Below are positions 29,400 through 39,112 of a stretch of 64,000 bases of DNA, in pieces. The DNA lies in the IMG/VR virus record IMGVR_UViG_3300046477_000387, positions 4,358 to 68,357 of that record. One strand, given 5' to 3'. The stretch's first letter is position 1; each line of letters begins with the position of its first letter. The position numbers and the translations under genes were made by a program. The notes under the pieces are model-generated. The model saw nothing but the letters and a program-made list of their open reading frames with translations, ran no database searches and was not told the DNA's origin. The DNA comes from a virus.

Positions 29400-32300
29400 G
29401 TTTTCAGGGCTCCCTTCATCTGGTCACGGTAGGGGCCAGGCGTCGAGACAGCCTGCAACACCACATCCATGATGAGTTTCGTTCCGTCAAAGCGCGGCTG
29501 GCTTTGTTGGGCGTTGACCTGCTGGTTGGTGGAGTTGATGACGTTCACCGTTACCGATGGCATCGCGGCCCCGCCCTTACCGTTGTCGCCGTTGTTAGCG
29601 CCGCCGCTGAGCGTGACCGGGATCGAACGGCCGTCAGGCAGCGGCACGTAGGCTTCAGGCATCGAGCCCTCGCCATACATGGCAAGCTGCGGGCTGTTCG
29701 CGATGCCACCATTTGCATACTTTCGAAGCTGCATGGAACCCATGCTCGTCATGATCCCGCCGTTGGCGAACAGGGCCGTTTCCGTCGGCATGGACATATC
29801 CATTGCGCCACCCACCTGGACCCCATCAGCGGCCGTGCCACCACCCGCGCCGAACAGAGAGCCCAACGAGCCTGCGAGGCCACCAACACCGGCGCCACCG
29901 CCCGACGAGCCAGAAATCGAGGCAAGTGCCTGGGCGGCAACCATTGCGGCATTGGCGAGCCCTCCAAGCGAGGTCGTCGCCGCGCCCTGGACGTTGCCGG
30001 TCGCCACCATCTGCGTGACCTGCGTGCCGAGCGCCTGCGTTGCCTGCTGCACGCCCTGCTGCGTGAAGGTTTGAAGCCCCTTTGTCGCGACGGCCGTTGC
30101 CTGACCGAGCGCGGCACTGCCGACCCCCGCCGACTGGTCGAGTGCGGCGCCTGCGGCCTGGTTGCCCGCTGCCGTCGAGGCGTTCGGAAACAACTTGCTG
30201 TTGATCAGACCCGTGAGCGCGTCCAGACCCGTCTTGAGCGGCGTTGCGAAGGTTTCCTGCAGCTTGATCTTCAGCACGTCGAGCGCCATGCTCTCGGCGA
30301 GTTTCGTGATGTTGAGCTTGCCCGTCTGGACGAAGTCCATGATCATGCTGATCGCGCCATTCGCCCACGACGCCTCCGCGTCCTGCATGGACTTGAAGGT
30401 GTCGCCCCATGTCAGCACGAGGCTGTCCATCGGCGAGCGCAGGATCTGCGCGCGTTCTGCGGCGACCACCTTCAGGTGCTGGTTGAATGCCTGCTCTGCC
30501 TGCATCTGCAGGTCCAGCCCCTTCTTCTGCTCGGCAGCCCGTGCCTCGGGCGTCGTGGCGGAGGCGACGGCGGCGTCGGTCGACTGCTGCAGCGTCTTCA
30601 TGTCGAGCTGATACTGCGCCTGGTCCTTGGACGCCTTAGTGTCGAAGGCGGCCGTCTTGCGCTGGCTGTTAAACGGCAGCAGCGACTGCAGCGTCTGGTC
30701 GTCCTTGCTCTTGAAGCTGGAGGTGAAGTTGAGCAGGTCGGCGCCCGCGCGGTTCTGCAACGCCTCATTCTTGCGCGCGTTCCACTCCTTCCATGCCTTT
30801 GTGCCGGTGCCCAGGCGTTCTTCGGCGCGCGCCAGTTCCCGCTCGAGCGCCGTCATTTCGCGGGTCTGCTTCGCGGAGCCGTTCTCGGCCGCGTTGCTCA
30901 TCGCCTCTTTCAGGTCGTTCTCGGTCGAAGCGAGCCGCTCGTTGGCGAACGTGATCGCCTTCTTCTGCTCCTCGACCTGCTTGAGCTGCGCCATCTGGTT
31001 GATGGTCGCCTGCACCGTCGCGTTAGACGCGTCAAGCGAGCCGTCAGCATTCTTCCACTGACGGTTGCGCGGGTCGTGCGCCTTGTCGAAGTCGCCGCCC
31101 TGCCACTTCGCGGTGAACTCCTCTGTCGCATCCTTGCGCAGCGCATCCATGCCCTTGGGCTGGCGCGTGAGCAGTGCGCCGAGGCTGGACTGGTCGATCT
31201 TCAGCTTGGCGGCGATCTGGTCCTTAAACTTGACGAAGGGGTCTTCGAACTCGCGCTTGGGCCGTGCAGTGCCCGCAGCGAGCTTCTTCGCGTCGGAGTC
31301 ATCGAGCTCCAGACCGCCATGCTTCGGCTCAACCTTTTTCGGCTGGTTCTGGGCAGCGAGGCCCGCGTTGCGGTTCGCTTCGCGCTGGTCACTTGTCGGA
31401 TCGTTAAAGGCGGCTTCGCGGGCGCGACGTGCTGCGTCCGCCGCCTGAACGCGTGCTGCGTCCGCTGACGCGCGCGCGTTGGGGGCGCCCGAGGTCGAGC
31501 CGTGCGCGTTCGAATCCGTGCGGCTGACGAAGTGCGAGCCGCCCTGCGCAGCGGGTGCGCCGCCCGTGCTGGCATTGGCGTCGTCGAACAGCTTCCAGCT
31601 CTTGATATCGGCGAACTTGGTCTTCAGGTCCGTCCAGAACGTGGTCGCCTTGCTCTGCAGTGAGTCGAACCAGTGCTGGAACCAGTCCTCGACCTTGTGG
31701 CCGCCAACTTCGAGACCGCCGATCAGTTTGGCCAAGTCCCACGCGAGCAGCAGCCAGCCCACGTAAGGGATCGCGCGCATGAACAGCTTGCCCGCGGTCG
31801 AGACAAAGAGGCCGATCCCTTCGAGCAGGCCCGTCAGCGCACCCGTGGTCGTAGCGGCTGCGGTCGTCGTAGCGGCTGCCAGCTCTGCCGGCCCAGTCAG
31901 ACCCGCGAGTGCCCGGATGGTCGTGATGACGCCACCCACGATGCCGGTGAGCTTGGTGAAGCCGGAGAACGCCAGGATGACGCCACCCGCCGCGGCTGCG
32001 AGCGTGCTGAGCTGGACGAGCATCGGGTTGTCGCGCCCGACCGACTTGAACAGCGCAAACAGGTTGTTGATGCCCTGGATCAGCGACGTCACCATCGGCA
32101 GCACCGAACTGCCGATCATCGTGCCGAGGTCGCTCAGGTTCGCCTTGAACTCCTGCACGGCGCCTGAATACTGCTTCATCACCTGATCGTTGACCTGATC
32201 GACGGTTTTGGAGCCCTTGATCGTCTCGCGCTGGGCGTTGATGCGATTGGCCGAGGCGGGGTCCATTGCCGTCGACATGGCCTGCGACGCGGTCGTCGTG

Positions 32301-34171
32301 ACGCCCAGACCCACCAGCACCTTAGCGATCGCAACGCCTTGCGCCTGCGGGTCGTTAATGTCCTTGCCCTGGTAATACTTGGACTGGTTCTGCTTCTTCT
32401 GCGTGAAGGATAGCAGCTCGTCGTAGTGCTTCTGCAGCCACTTGACCGGGTCTTCAGCCGCCAGGTCGCCGTCGACGAGACCCGCGTGCTTCGCCTGGAA
32501 GCGCACCTGTTTCGGGTCAGCGCCGAAGTCGATCGCGCCCGTGTTCAGCAGCCCCGAGCCGGCGAAAATCTGCACCGCCGAGTCCGTCATCTGCTTGCCC
32601 AGCGCGTATTGCTGGAACATCTTGTAGGCCGTGCCCACACGCGACACACCAGCGCCACCGCCGCCCTCACCGCCGGCGACCTTGAACTGGTCGACCACTG
32701 CCATGAGGTTGGTCAGGCCGTCATCAGACAGGCGTGCCGCACCGGTGCCCATCTGGCGCAGCACGGTTTCCGCGTCCTGGATCTGGACCTTGCCGCCGGT
32801 GGCCGTCGAGATCTGCTGGAGCAGGTTGAAGGTGCGCTTGGCGGCCTCGGGGTCGTTGACCTGCTGGCGCGTCTCGACCACGCCGTAGAGGTTGCGGATC
32901 GTCGATTGCATGTCGCCGTGGGCCATGCCCATCGACTGCAGATTGTTGGCCGCGCGCACCGCCGTCTGGAGCGTCGCGTCGATCACCCCGACGTTGTTCT
33001 CGCCGACCGAGGCGATCGCCGACATGCGCGACTTCACCGCGTCCAGTTGCGACAAAAACTTGTTCGTCTTGGTCAGATCGAACGCCTTGTCGAAGAACTC
33101 CTGAGTCTGCCCGCCCGGCAGGTTCAGCGACTCCACGACCGTGCGCTGCTGCTGCATCGCGGCTGCGTCACCGACGCTTGCCTTCAGACCGTTCTCGATC
33201 TTCAGGGCGGCCCACATCTGCGCCATGCCCTTGAGCGAGTCCGTCAGTGCGTCGGCCTGGCCGCGCACGGTGGACATGTTGCGCCCCGCTGCGCTGATCG
33301 CGTTGCTCTGGGCAGCCGTGACGCTGGTATTGGCCTGGGTGACGCGGCTGAGCGCTTCGGTGGCGACCGTGTTCTTGTCGGTGGATACGGCGAGATTGTT
33401 GTTCGCCTTGACGAGCTGGATGACCGTGCCCGCGAGCTTGGCGATCGTCGTCTCAAGCGACGTGATGGCCTTCGTGAGCGCGGCGTTCGACTGCGTCGCC
33501 CTGGTGGCGGCAGCCGACTGGTTGTTCTTTGCGCCGGCGGCCTTGTTCGCCGAGGCGGCAAGCTGGTTGTTGGCGAGCGCCGCCTTCATCGCGGCATTGG
33601 GCGCCTGCAGGAGGGCTGCGACCGCCTTGGTGCCCGACGCCGTCATCGAGCTATTCGCGGCGTTCAGCTCTGCCGCAGACCTGGCGGCGGCAGCGCCGGC
33701 TTCAGTTAGACCCGTGCGTGCGCGCAGCAGCGCGGGCACAGTCTTGTCGTAGCTGGCGGCAAGCGTGCTTGCTGCGGCAGCCGCGGCTTCAGTGCTCTTT
33801 GCAGCGGGCGCGGCAGCTTCACCGACGCCCTGCAGGGACTTCTGAGCCTGCGTGGCGGTGCTGGCGGCCTGCGAGAGACCCTGGGAAAGATTCGAAATCG
33901 CTTCGGCAGCAGCGCTAACGCTTTTGCCAAGCGGGCTGACAGAGGCGTCAGCCGCCTTGGTGGTCTTGGCGAAGTCGCCCAGCGATGAGGCGATGCCTTC
34001 CATCGTCTTGGCGAGATCCTGCATCGGCGCCTCAACGCCGGCCGCTGTGGACTGAAGACCCTTCAGACCCGCACCGAGCGCATCGGATTGCTCCTTGGCC
34101 CGTTGCGTCTTGAGGGTAAAGCCACTGTCGTCCAGCGTGAGGACAACCTTGATCTCGCCACCGATGCTCAT
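29396..34171 (-). CDS. Tape measure protein
   Basis: 1591 aa Ala-rich helical protein after the chaperones; C-terminal FANGG...GE...EA..PL. Confidence 0.92.
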   Translation of the reverse strand: MSIGGEIKVVLTLDDSGFTLKTQRAKEQSDALGAGLKGLQSTAAGVEAPMQDLAKTMEGIASSLGDFAKTTKAADASVSPLGKSVSAAAEAISNLSQGLSQAASTATQAQKSLQGVGEAAAPAAKSTEAAAAAASTLAASYDKTVPALLRARTGLTEAGAAAARSAAELNAANSSMTASGTKAVAALLQAPNAAMKAALANNQLAASANKAAGAKNNQSAAATRATQSNAALTKAITSLETTIAKLAGTVIQLVKANNNLAVSTDKNTVATEALSRVTQANTSVTAAQSNAISAAGRNMSTVRGQADALTDSLKGMAQMWAALKIENGLKASVGDAAAMQQQRTVVESLNLPGGQTQEFFDKAFDLTKTNKFLSQLDAVKSRMSAIASVGENNVGVIDATLQTAVRAANNLQSMGMAHGDMQSTIRNLYGVVETRQQVNDPEAAKRTFNLLQQISTATGGKVQIQDAETVLRQMGTGAARLSDDGLTNLMAVVDQFKVAGGEGGGGAGVSRVGTAYKMFQQYALGKQMTDSAVQIFAGSGLLNTGAIDFGADPKQVRFQAKHAGLVDGDLAAEDPVKWLQKHYDELLSFTQKKQNQSKYYQGKDINDPQAQGVAIAKVLVGLGVTTTASQAMSTAMDPASANRINAQRETIKGSKTVDQVNDQVMKQYSGAVQEFKANLSDLGTMIGSSVLPMVTSLIQGINNLFALFKSVGRDNPMLVQLSTLAAAAGGVILAFSGFTKLTGIVGGVITTIRALAGLTGPAELAAATTTAAATTTGALTGLLEGIGLFVSTAGKLFMRAIPYVGWLLLAWDLAKLIGGLEVGGHKVEDWFQHWFDSLQSKATTFWTDLKTKFADIKSWKLFDDANASTGGAPAAQGGSHFVSRTDSNAHGSTSGAPNARASADAARVQAADAARRAREAAFNDPTSDQREANRNAGLAAQNQPKKVEPKHGGLELDDSDAKKLAAGTARPKREFEDPFVKFKDQIAAKLKIDQSSLGALLTRQPKGMDALRKDATEEFTAKWQGGDFDKAHDPRNRQWKNADGSLDASNATVQATINQMAQLKQVEEQKKAITFANERLASTENDLKEAMSNAAENGSAKQTREMTALERELARAEERLGTGTKAWKEWNARKNEALQNRAGADLLNFTSSFKSKDDQTLQSLLPFNSQRKTAAFDTKASKDQAQYQLDMKTLQQSTDAAVASATTPEARAAEQKKGLDLQMQAEQAFNQHLKVVAAERAQILRSPMDSLVLTWGDTFKSMQDAEASWANGAISMIMDFVQTGKLNITKLAESMALDVLKIKLQETFATPLKTGLDALTGLINSKLFPNASTAAGNQAAGAALDQSAGVGSAALGQATAVATKGLQTFTQQGVQQATQALGTQVTQMVATGNVQGAATTSLGGLANAAMVAAQALASISGSSGGGAGVGGLAGSLGSLFGAGGGTAADGVQVGGAMDMSMPTETALFANGGIMTSMGSMQLRKYANGGIANSPQLAMYGEGSMPEAYVPLPDGRSIPVTLSGGANNGDNGKGGAAMPSVTVNVINSTNQQVNAQQSQPRFDGTKLIMDVVLQAVSTPGPYRDQMKGALKT

Positions 34172-34173
34172 CT

Positions 34174-34533
34174 TTAAATCCTCGACCCTATGGTTTGTCC
34201 GGCCATCTGCTTGAGTAGATTGATGCCTCCCTCATCCCGCTCTGCACTCTGGGCCGCCATCGCCGAGGCGCTCATCTTCGCGATGTTTCCAATCTCGACA
34301 ATGAGCTGCTTGCGGTAGGCGGTCGCACCTTCAGAACTCTGGGAGCTGGCCGACACCGTCAGGGTCCGCATATCCTTTTGCGCCGAGATTCGATCCACAT
34401 TCTCGTGAAACAGCCAGAAGCGCTGCATCGTCCAGCCGAGAATCCGCTCGTCGTCGTAGCCGTAGAAGTGCGCGACCCGGCAAAAGAGGAACCCGAAATC
34501 GAGCTCCTCAAGTGCCGGCGGTGTCAGTTTCCC
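34174..34533 (-). CDS. Tail assembly chaperone GT extension (-1 frameshift product)
   Basis: The -1 frame is open from slippery GGGAAAC at 34533 (GKLTPPALEELDFGFLFCRVAHFYGY...MQRFW) to the stop at 34174. Confidence 0.8.
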   Translation of the reverse strand, partial: GKLTPPALEELDFGFLFCRVAHFYGYDDERILGWTMQRFWLFHENVDRISAQKDMRTLTVSASSQSSEGATAYRKQLIVEIGNIAKMSASAMAAQSAERDEGGINLLKQMAGQTIGSRI

Positions 34534-34880
34534 GCGGCGCCCTCGCCGGTTTCGCTGGCGGCAGTTGCGGCCGCTTCAGCTTTTTCCACGTCGTCGCCCC
34601 GGATGAAGGCGGTGATCGTGTTCAGTTGCTCCAGCGAGCAGGCCGTAAGCGTCTCGCGCGCGACCTTCGGCACGCTGCGCACGATCATGTCCACCGCGGC
34701 GTCCACCTGGTCAGCGACAGTGGCGTTCGGGTCGTCCGCGAGCTTCTGCGCGATGCGCGCCGTCTCGATGAAGTTGGCAACCGTCAGGGCCGGCACTTCA
34801 TACTTCTTGCCACCCAGAACCAGTTCGCGCTTTTCCGCGCCACTCAGTGCATCCAGATTCAGAATCTTTGCCATGTGCAT
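34524..34880 (-). CDS. Tail assembly chaperone G
   Basis: Between tail tube and tape measure genes; ends GCG GGA AAC TGA. Confidence 0.82.
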   Translation of the reverse strand: MHMAKILNLDALSGAEKRELVLGGKKYEVPALTVANFIETARIAQKLADDPNATVADQVDAAVDMIVRSVPKVARETLTACSLEQLNTITAFIRGDDVEKAEAAATAASETGEGAAGN

Positions 34881-34898
34881 ACTCCTTGGGAGTGAGAC

Positions 34899-34922
34899 AG
34901 CCCCGCTTGAGGCAGCGGGGCT
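34899..34922 (-). terminator. Hairpin after the tail tube gene
   Basis: AGCCCCGCT-gcctca-AGCGGGGCT; weak U-tract. Confidence 0.5.
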
Positions 34923-34951
34923 TGGGTAGTCAGTTTTGACTATATCAGCAG

Positions 34952-35803
34952 TTACGCAGGAGCGGTGCCGACCGAGAACAGCTTCTTCGTGGTCGGATCG
35001 GGGTAGCCCGTGAAGTCCACGTCGTAGATCCGTTCCTTCTCGACTTCGTAGACGAAGTTCAACGCGCCCGACGTTGCCGCCAGCGGAATCACGAAGTCTT
35101 CCGAGTAGTCGTTGATGGCCTTCGACACCGGGTGCAGACGCAGCTCCTTCGCGATCGAGAGCAGGTCGGTGCCCACGCCGGTCGTCACGTCCACGTGCTT
35201 GTCGGTCGGATCAGCGCCGCCCGAGAGCTTCACGCCCGAGACAGTCAGCTTCGCCGGGACCGAGGTCGCCAGCGAGAAGTTGTTGCCCGCTGTTGCCTTC
35301 GTGCCGTAGGTGATGTTCACAGCGGCGGCGGCGGCAACATAGTTCGCCACCGAGACGGCCGGCGAGATCACGCTCGCCAGTGCCGCGGCGATCGCCGTTG
35401 CCTGCGCATCCACATCAGCTTCGATGGCAATGTCGGTTTCGAACTGCGGCACTGCGCGGAACGTGAAGACCGCGCCGTTGACCGTCAGCGTGTCGCCGTC
35501 GACCGGCAGCGATGCAACCGTCACCGAGCCCGTTGCGACCGAGCCGCCGATGTTCACGAGCGTAGCGCCCGGCATCACCGACACCAGGTTTTCCAGCGTC
35601 GTTTCTGCCAGCGGAGTCTTCACTGTCACGTCGCGCTGCATGATCAGTTCGTTGATGGTCGTCTTGCCGAACTGGTCAACGTTGACCGGGTGGGTGTTGG
35701 TTTTCACCGTCACGGTCACGCCGCCCTGCGTATAGCCGAGGTCGACGCCGCCGTAATACACGGTGCAGACCCCCAGCTTTACGTTTTTTGTATCGCTTGC
35801 CAT
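34952..35803 (-). CDS. Major tail tube protein
   Basis: LG.T.GGV......VDQ.G...V..PLAE.T.ENL pattern; position before the chaperones. Confidence 0.85.
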   Translation of the reverse strand: MASDTKNVKLGVCTVYYGGVDLGYTQGGVTVTVKTNTHPVNVDQFGKTTINELIMQRDVTVKTPLAETTLENLVSVMPGATLVNIGGSVATGSVTVASLPVDGDTLTVNGAVFTFRAVPQFETDIAIEADVDAQATAIAAALASVISPAVSVANYVAAAAAVNITYGTKATAGNNFSLATSVPAKLTVSGVKLSGGADPTDKHVDVTTGVGTDLLSIAKELRLHPVSKAINDYSEDFVIPLAATSGALNFVYEVEKERIYDVDFTGYPDPTTKKLFSVGTAPA

Positions 35804-35881
35804 TGAAACTCCTTTGCAAAGAGGTTTTGATAGTCAGTTTTGACTGTCGCGCGACTATACCACAGGCGTCCTGCAGAGTCA

Positions 35882-36349
35882 CTAGGCGCCCGCCTTGAGG
35901 GCCGCGTCGGTGAGCGAGGCGAGAATTTCTGCCGCCACCGCATCGCCCGCGCGCTCCATGTATTTGCCCCCGACCTGCCCGGAGCCCGCGTTCTTCGCTT
36001 CGGACTTCGGACCAAGTTGCAGGGGACCGGCCGGGGTCAGGTGTTCGTGCATCTCGTAGGCGTAGTCACCCACCGTCTTGCCGGGACGCTCAGGCACAGG
36101 CATTTCGCCGTCGACATAGACCTCGACGCTCTTGCGCGCGAACTGCCCCAGTTCGTTGCGTCCGCCGCCGGCCTCGCGCACCTTGATCGCCTGTTCGAGG
36201 TTGCCGTGATCGACGGGGGCGAACTCGCGCGCCTTCTGCGCGACCTTCTCCGCCTCGACTTTCATCTGCGCAAAGACGCCGCGCGTGACCTTCTCGCCCA
36301 TCTGCTGAAGCAGCAAGCCGAGATTCGTGCCTTCGACAGTCACGCTCAT
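35882..36349 (-). CDS. HK97 gp10-like tail completion protein
   Basis: APVD.G.L..AI...YA...HE...KY.ERA. Confidence 0.8.
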   Translation of the reverse strand: MSVTVEGTNLGLLLQQMGEKVTRGVFAQMKVEAEKVAQKAREFAPVDHGNLEQAIKVREAGGGRNELGQFARKSVEVYVDGEMPVPERPGKTVGDYAYEMHEHLTPAGPLQLGPKSEAKNAGSGQVGGKYMERAGDAVAAEILASLTDAALKAGA

Positions 36350-36741
36350 GCCAGCTCCTCATCGCTCACGAAGCATAGTTCGAAGATGACGTTCCACTCG
36401 ATCAGGTTCGCGCTCGATAGCGGATAGGCGACCGGCAGCGCCACCGGACGGCAGAAATTCACCTTCATCGTGCCGATCATGGTCTCCGCCGGCACGCGCA
36501 GCGTCGCTATCGCCTGGCGCACCAGTGCCTGTCCGGCGTCGTAGGTCGGCGCGCGTGCGATCACCTGGAACCGGGCCCGGTAGAAGCCCGGCAGGTAGTT
36601 GTCGATCGGCACGCCGCTGATCGGGTTGCGCAGCATCAGCGCCGTCGTCACCGTCATCGGCATCTGGTCGACGAAAATCGACTGGCCCTGCACGCCGAGA
36701 CCAGCGTCCTCGAGGCGTTGCGCAAAAGGCAGCAGGTTCAT
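36346..36741 (-). CDS. Tail terminator-like protein
   Basis: Synteny; IF...MP...FQV..RA..Y..G pattern. Confidence 0.65.
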   Translation of the reverse strand: MNLLPFAQRLEDAGLGVQGQSIFVDQMPMTVTTALMLRNPISGVPIDNYLPGFYRARFQVIARAPTYDAGQALVRQAIATLRVPAETMIGTMKVNFCRPVALPVAYPLSSANLIEWNVIFELCFVSDEELA

Positions 36742-37085
36742 GGTGCGCTCCAGACGTTCAGACGCAGCTCGTGGTGATCGAGCCGGCCGTTCAGATCAAA
36801 CTGGGGAGACTTCGAGACCACCCGCAGCTTCAGGCTCGCGACCTCGACGATGTCGTCAATCTGCGCCTTCGTGGTGGGCGAAAAGAGCAGCATCGCATCC
36901 TCATCGATTTCGAACGCCGAGCCATGCGTCGCCGAGCCGGACCCTGCAGTGGTTCTGTTCGACTTGATCTTGATCCTCACCACGCTAACCTTCTCGCTGA
37001 CGGTCGCCCCCGGCAGCGGCTCGCCATGCACGTTGGTCTTGCTCTGGGTCAGGTGAATCACGCAGGGCGTGCCTGGATTAAACAT
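36738..37085 (-). CDS. Head-closure-like protein
   Basis: Start MFNPGT at 37085; N.HGE, DD.V, G.LDH.E pattern; synteny. Confidence 0.6.
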   Translation of the reverse strand: MFNPGTPCVIHLTQSKTNVHGEPLPGATVSEKVSVVRIKIKSNRTTAGSGSATHGSAFEIDEDAMLLFSPTTKAQIDDIVEVASLKLRVVSKSPQFDLNGRLDHHELRLNVWSAP

Positions 37086-37731
37086 GGAGCACCGCCTTGG
37101 TGTTGGGATGAAAGACGCGCTTTCGGGCTTCCTCGAGCGACAGGTAGCCACGCTTGCCCGCGATCGACACTTCTTCAGGACTTGCGTCGGCCCGCTCGAT
37201 GAACACGACGTCCTGGCTGCGGCCCGCGGCTTCGAGCACCACCGCGTCAACGGCCGTCTGCACGGCGAACTGGCGGATTGTGGTGCGCATGATGGTGTTG
37301 GCCTCGAACATGCGCCCACCGGCATCGCTCGCGCGGAAGTCCAGCGCGCCGAGCCTGCTCTGCACCAGCAGCCCCATGCCGCCGGTGGCGTTCTTCAGCA
37401 TCGCCGCGGGGCTTGTGCCGGCGCCGCGCAGCCGCTTCATGACGGTCTTGATGTTCTGCGCGACCGTGACATGCACCCCGGAGAGTGCAGTCGCGAACCA
37501 CGCGCTCGTGAGCGGGTCCACACCGAGCGCTGCTGCGTAGCGCGTCATCTCGCTTTCGGCACGCGCGATGAACGTCTTCGCGAGTGCGTGAGCGCTTGTC
37601 GAGACGCTTGCAAGGGTCTGCGGGGTGACGGTTGCGCCCGGCGTCGTCACACCAAGGTAGAGCCCGGTGAGCGCCGATAGAAACGAGCGGTAATCGCCCA
37701 TCACCGTCTGGGTCAGGTCGTCATAGCTCAT
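37078..37731 (-). CDS. Head-region hypothetical protein (truncated MuF-like)
   Basis: Start MSYDDL at 37731; D..GR and C-terminal FHPN motifs. Confidence 0.55.
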   Translation of the reverse strand: MSYDDLTQTVMGDYRSFLSALTGLYLGVTTPGATVTPQTLASVSTSAHALAKTFIARAESEMTRYAAALGVDPLTSAWFATALSGVHVTVAQNIKTVMKRLRGAGTSPAAMLKNATGGMGLLVQSRLGALDFRASDAGGRMFEANTIMRTTIRQFAVQTAVDAVVLEAAGRSQDVVFIERADASPEEVSIAGKRGYLSLEEARKRVFHPNTKAVLHV

Positions 37732-38591
37732 GTGCGCGCGAGCCTCTTGGCGTTGGTGACGAAGTAGCTCACGTAGGACATGGCGCGCTTGCACACCGGC
37801 ATGTCCAGCGGCTTGGTGGAGCGGAACGTCTGCCTGGTCACGCCGACCGAGTCCGAGACCAGGCCCATGTCACGCTTGAGCGCAATCGGGTCGTCCGCGA
37901 GGATCGCTTCGGCTTCCGCGACCTGGGCCTTTCTGAGTGCGCCCTTGAAGCGCTCGGGCAGTGAGTCGAACTGCTGCGCGTTCAGGAGCTCGAGATTGCC
38001 GTCGAACATGAACAGGCTGTCGGTGGCCGCATATTTGGAGATATACGTGCCTTCCGGGACGAAGTTCATGCTGTCCTGGCCGAAGTTCAGGTTCGAGTTG
38101 AGCAGGTAGTAGCTGAGCTTGCACAGATGCCAGCGGGCCTCGATCATGGCCGCGTAGCGATCCTCGTCGCTTGCCGCGTCCCAGGCCGGCGTGTTCGGAA
38201 TGTCGATCGCCGTGATCTGGGCCTGCGCGTAGGTCTGGAAGCTGTTCATACCCGGCACCAGCGTATCCACCGGCTCCAGGCCGTAGACATACGTCAGCCC
38301 GACGCTGTTGCCGTCGGCGAGCGTCAGGAACAGCTCAACGATGCGACCCTCGCGAGTCGGCACCGTGTGTTCGGTGGGCGCGGCGCCCAGTGCGTTCAGA
38401 CCCGCCGGAACCGTGACCTGCGCGCTGGAGGCGCCGGGCGTGTAGCTGTCGAGCGTGACGCGTGCGGCCAGCTCCGTGTTCGCCTGGTCGACGATGCGGT
38501 AGTCCACCGAGGCGACGTTCAGGGGTGCGCCGCTGCGGTCGAGCAGCGGAATCACGCACAGGACATTGGTTCCAGCGAGAAAGACCTGCAT
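37728..38591 (-). CDS. Head-tail adaptor-like protein
   Basis: NSFQTY..A....W......R..A..EA pattern; synteny. Confidence 0.65.
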   Translation of the reverse strand: MQVFLAGTNVLCVIPLLDRSGAPLNVASVDYRIVDQANTELAARVTLDSYTPGASSAQVTVPAGLNALGAAPTEHTVPTREGRIVELFLTLADGNSVGLTYVYGLEPVDTLVPGMNSFQTYAQAQITAIDIPNTPAWDAASDEDRYAAMIEARWHLCKLSYYLLNSNLNFGQDSMNFVPEGTYISKYAATDSLFMFDGNLELLNAQQFDSLPERFKGALRKAQVAEAEAILADDPIALKRDMGLVSDSVGVTRQTFRSTKPLDMPVCKRAMSYVSYFVTNAKRLART

Positions 38592-38595
38592 CGCG

Positions 38596-39036
38596 TTACT
38601 CGCCCTTTTCTTCGAAGACGCCGCCCGTTGCCTTGACGATCGCGTCGATCAGGCCACGGATGGAGTTGTTCTTGATACCCATTTCGTCCGCAATCTCGCG
38701 CAGGCCACCGATACCCTTCTCGTCGGCGATCGCAGCCAGATCCTTCTCGTCCCACACCTTCGCGGCGGGGCTGGCCGGGGCGACCGGTTCGGGCGCAGTG
38801 GGTTGCGTCACCACGGTTGTCGCACTGGTCGAGACCGCCGGCGCGTGCATCTGGTCAAGCAGGAACTGCGAGACGCTCGGATTGGTGCCGTCCTCGTATT
38901 CGCACGCGTAGACGGCAGCGATGCGCGTGGCGTCCTTATGCGAGACGTCAGCGGTCGAGACACCGTCCTCGAAGAACACGGCGCCCAGTTGTGCGGTGTA
39001 ACGCTCCATCCCCGCCGTCAAAAGTCGAAGTTTCAT
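38596..39036 (-). CDS. Hypothetical virion-associated protein
   Basis: 146 aa; short C-terminal helical HeH-like domain (LREIADEMGI...I..I). Confidence 0.6.
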   Translation of the reverse strand: MKLRLLTAGMERYTAQLGAVFFEDGVSTADVSHKDATRIAAVYACEYEDGTNPSVSQFLLDQMHAPAVSTSATTVVTQPTAPEPVAPASPAAKVWDEKDLAAIADEKGIGGLREIADEMGIKNNSIRGLIDAIVKATGGVFEEKGE

Positions 39037-39053
39037 TTGTGATCCCTGATGTG

Positions 39054-39080
39054 AAAAAGGGCGAGCCCTTCGGCCCGCCC
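39054..39080 (-). terminator. Intrinsic terminator after the major capsid gene
   Basis: GGGCGGGCC-gaag-GGCTCGCCC-TTTTT on the minus strand. Confidence 0.8.
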
Positions 39081-39112
39081 CTTATGATAGTCAGTTTTGA
39101 CTATCGCGACAA

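Noticed and set aside
26308-33709. Long plus-strand ORFs (26308-28071, 29210-31468, 32426-33709; also 4121-5677 and 13121-14146)
   Set aside because: Antisense shadows of well-supported minus-strand genes in GC-rich DNA
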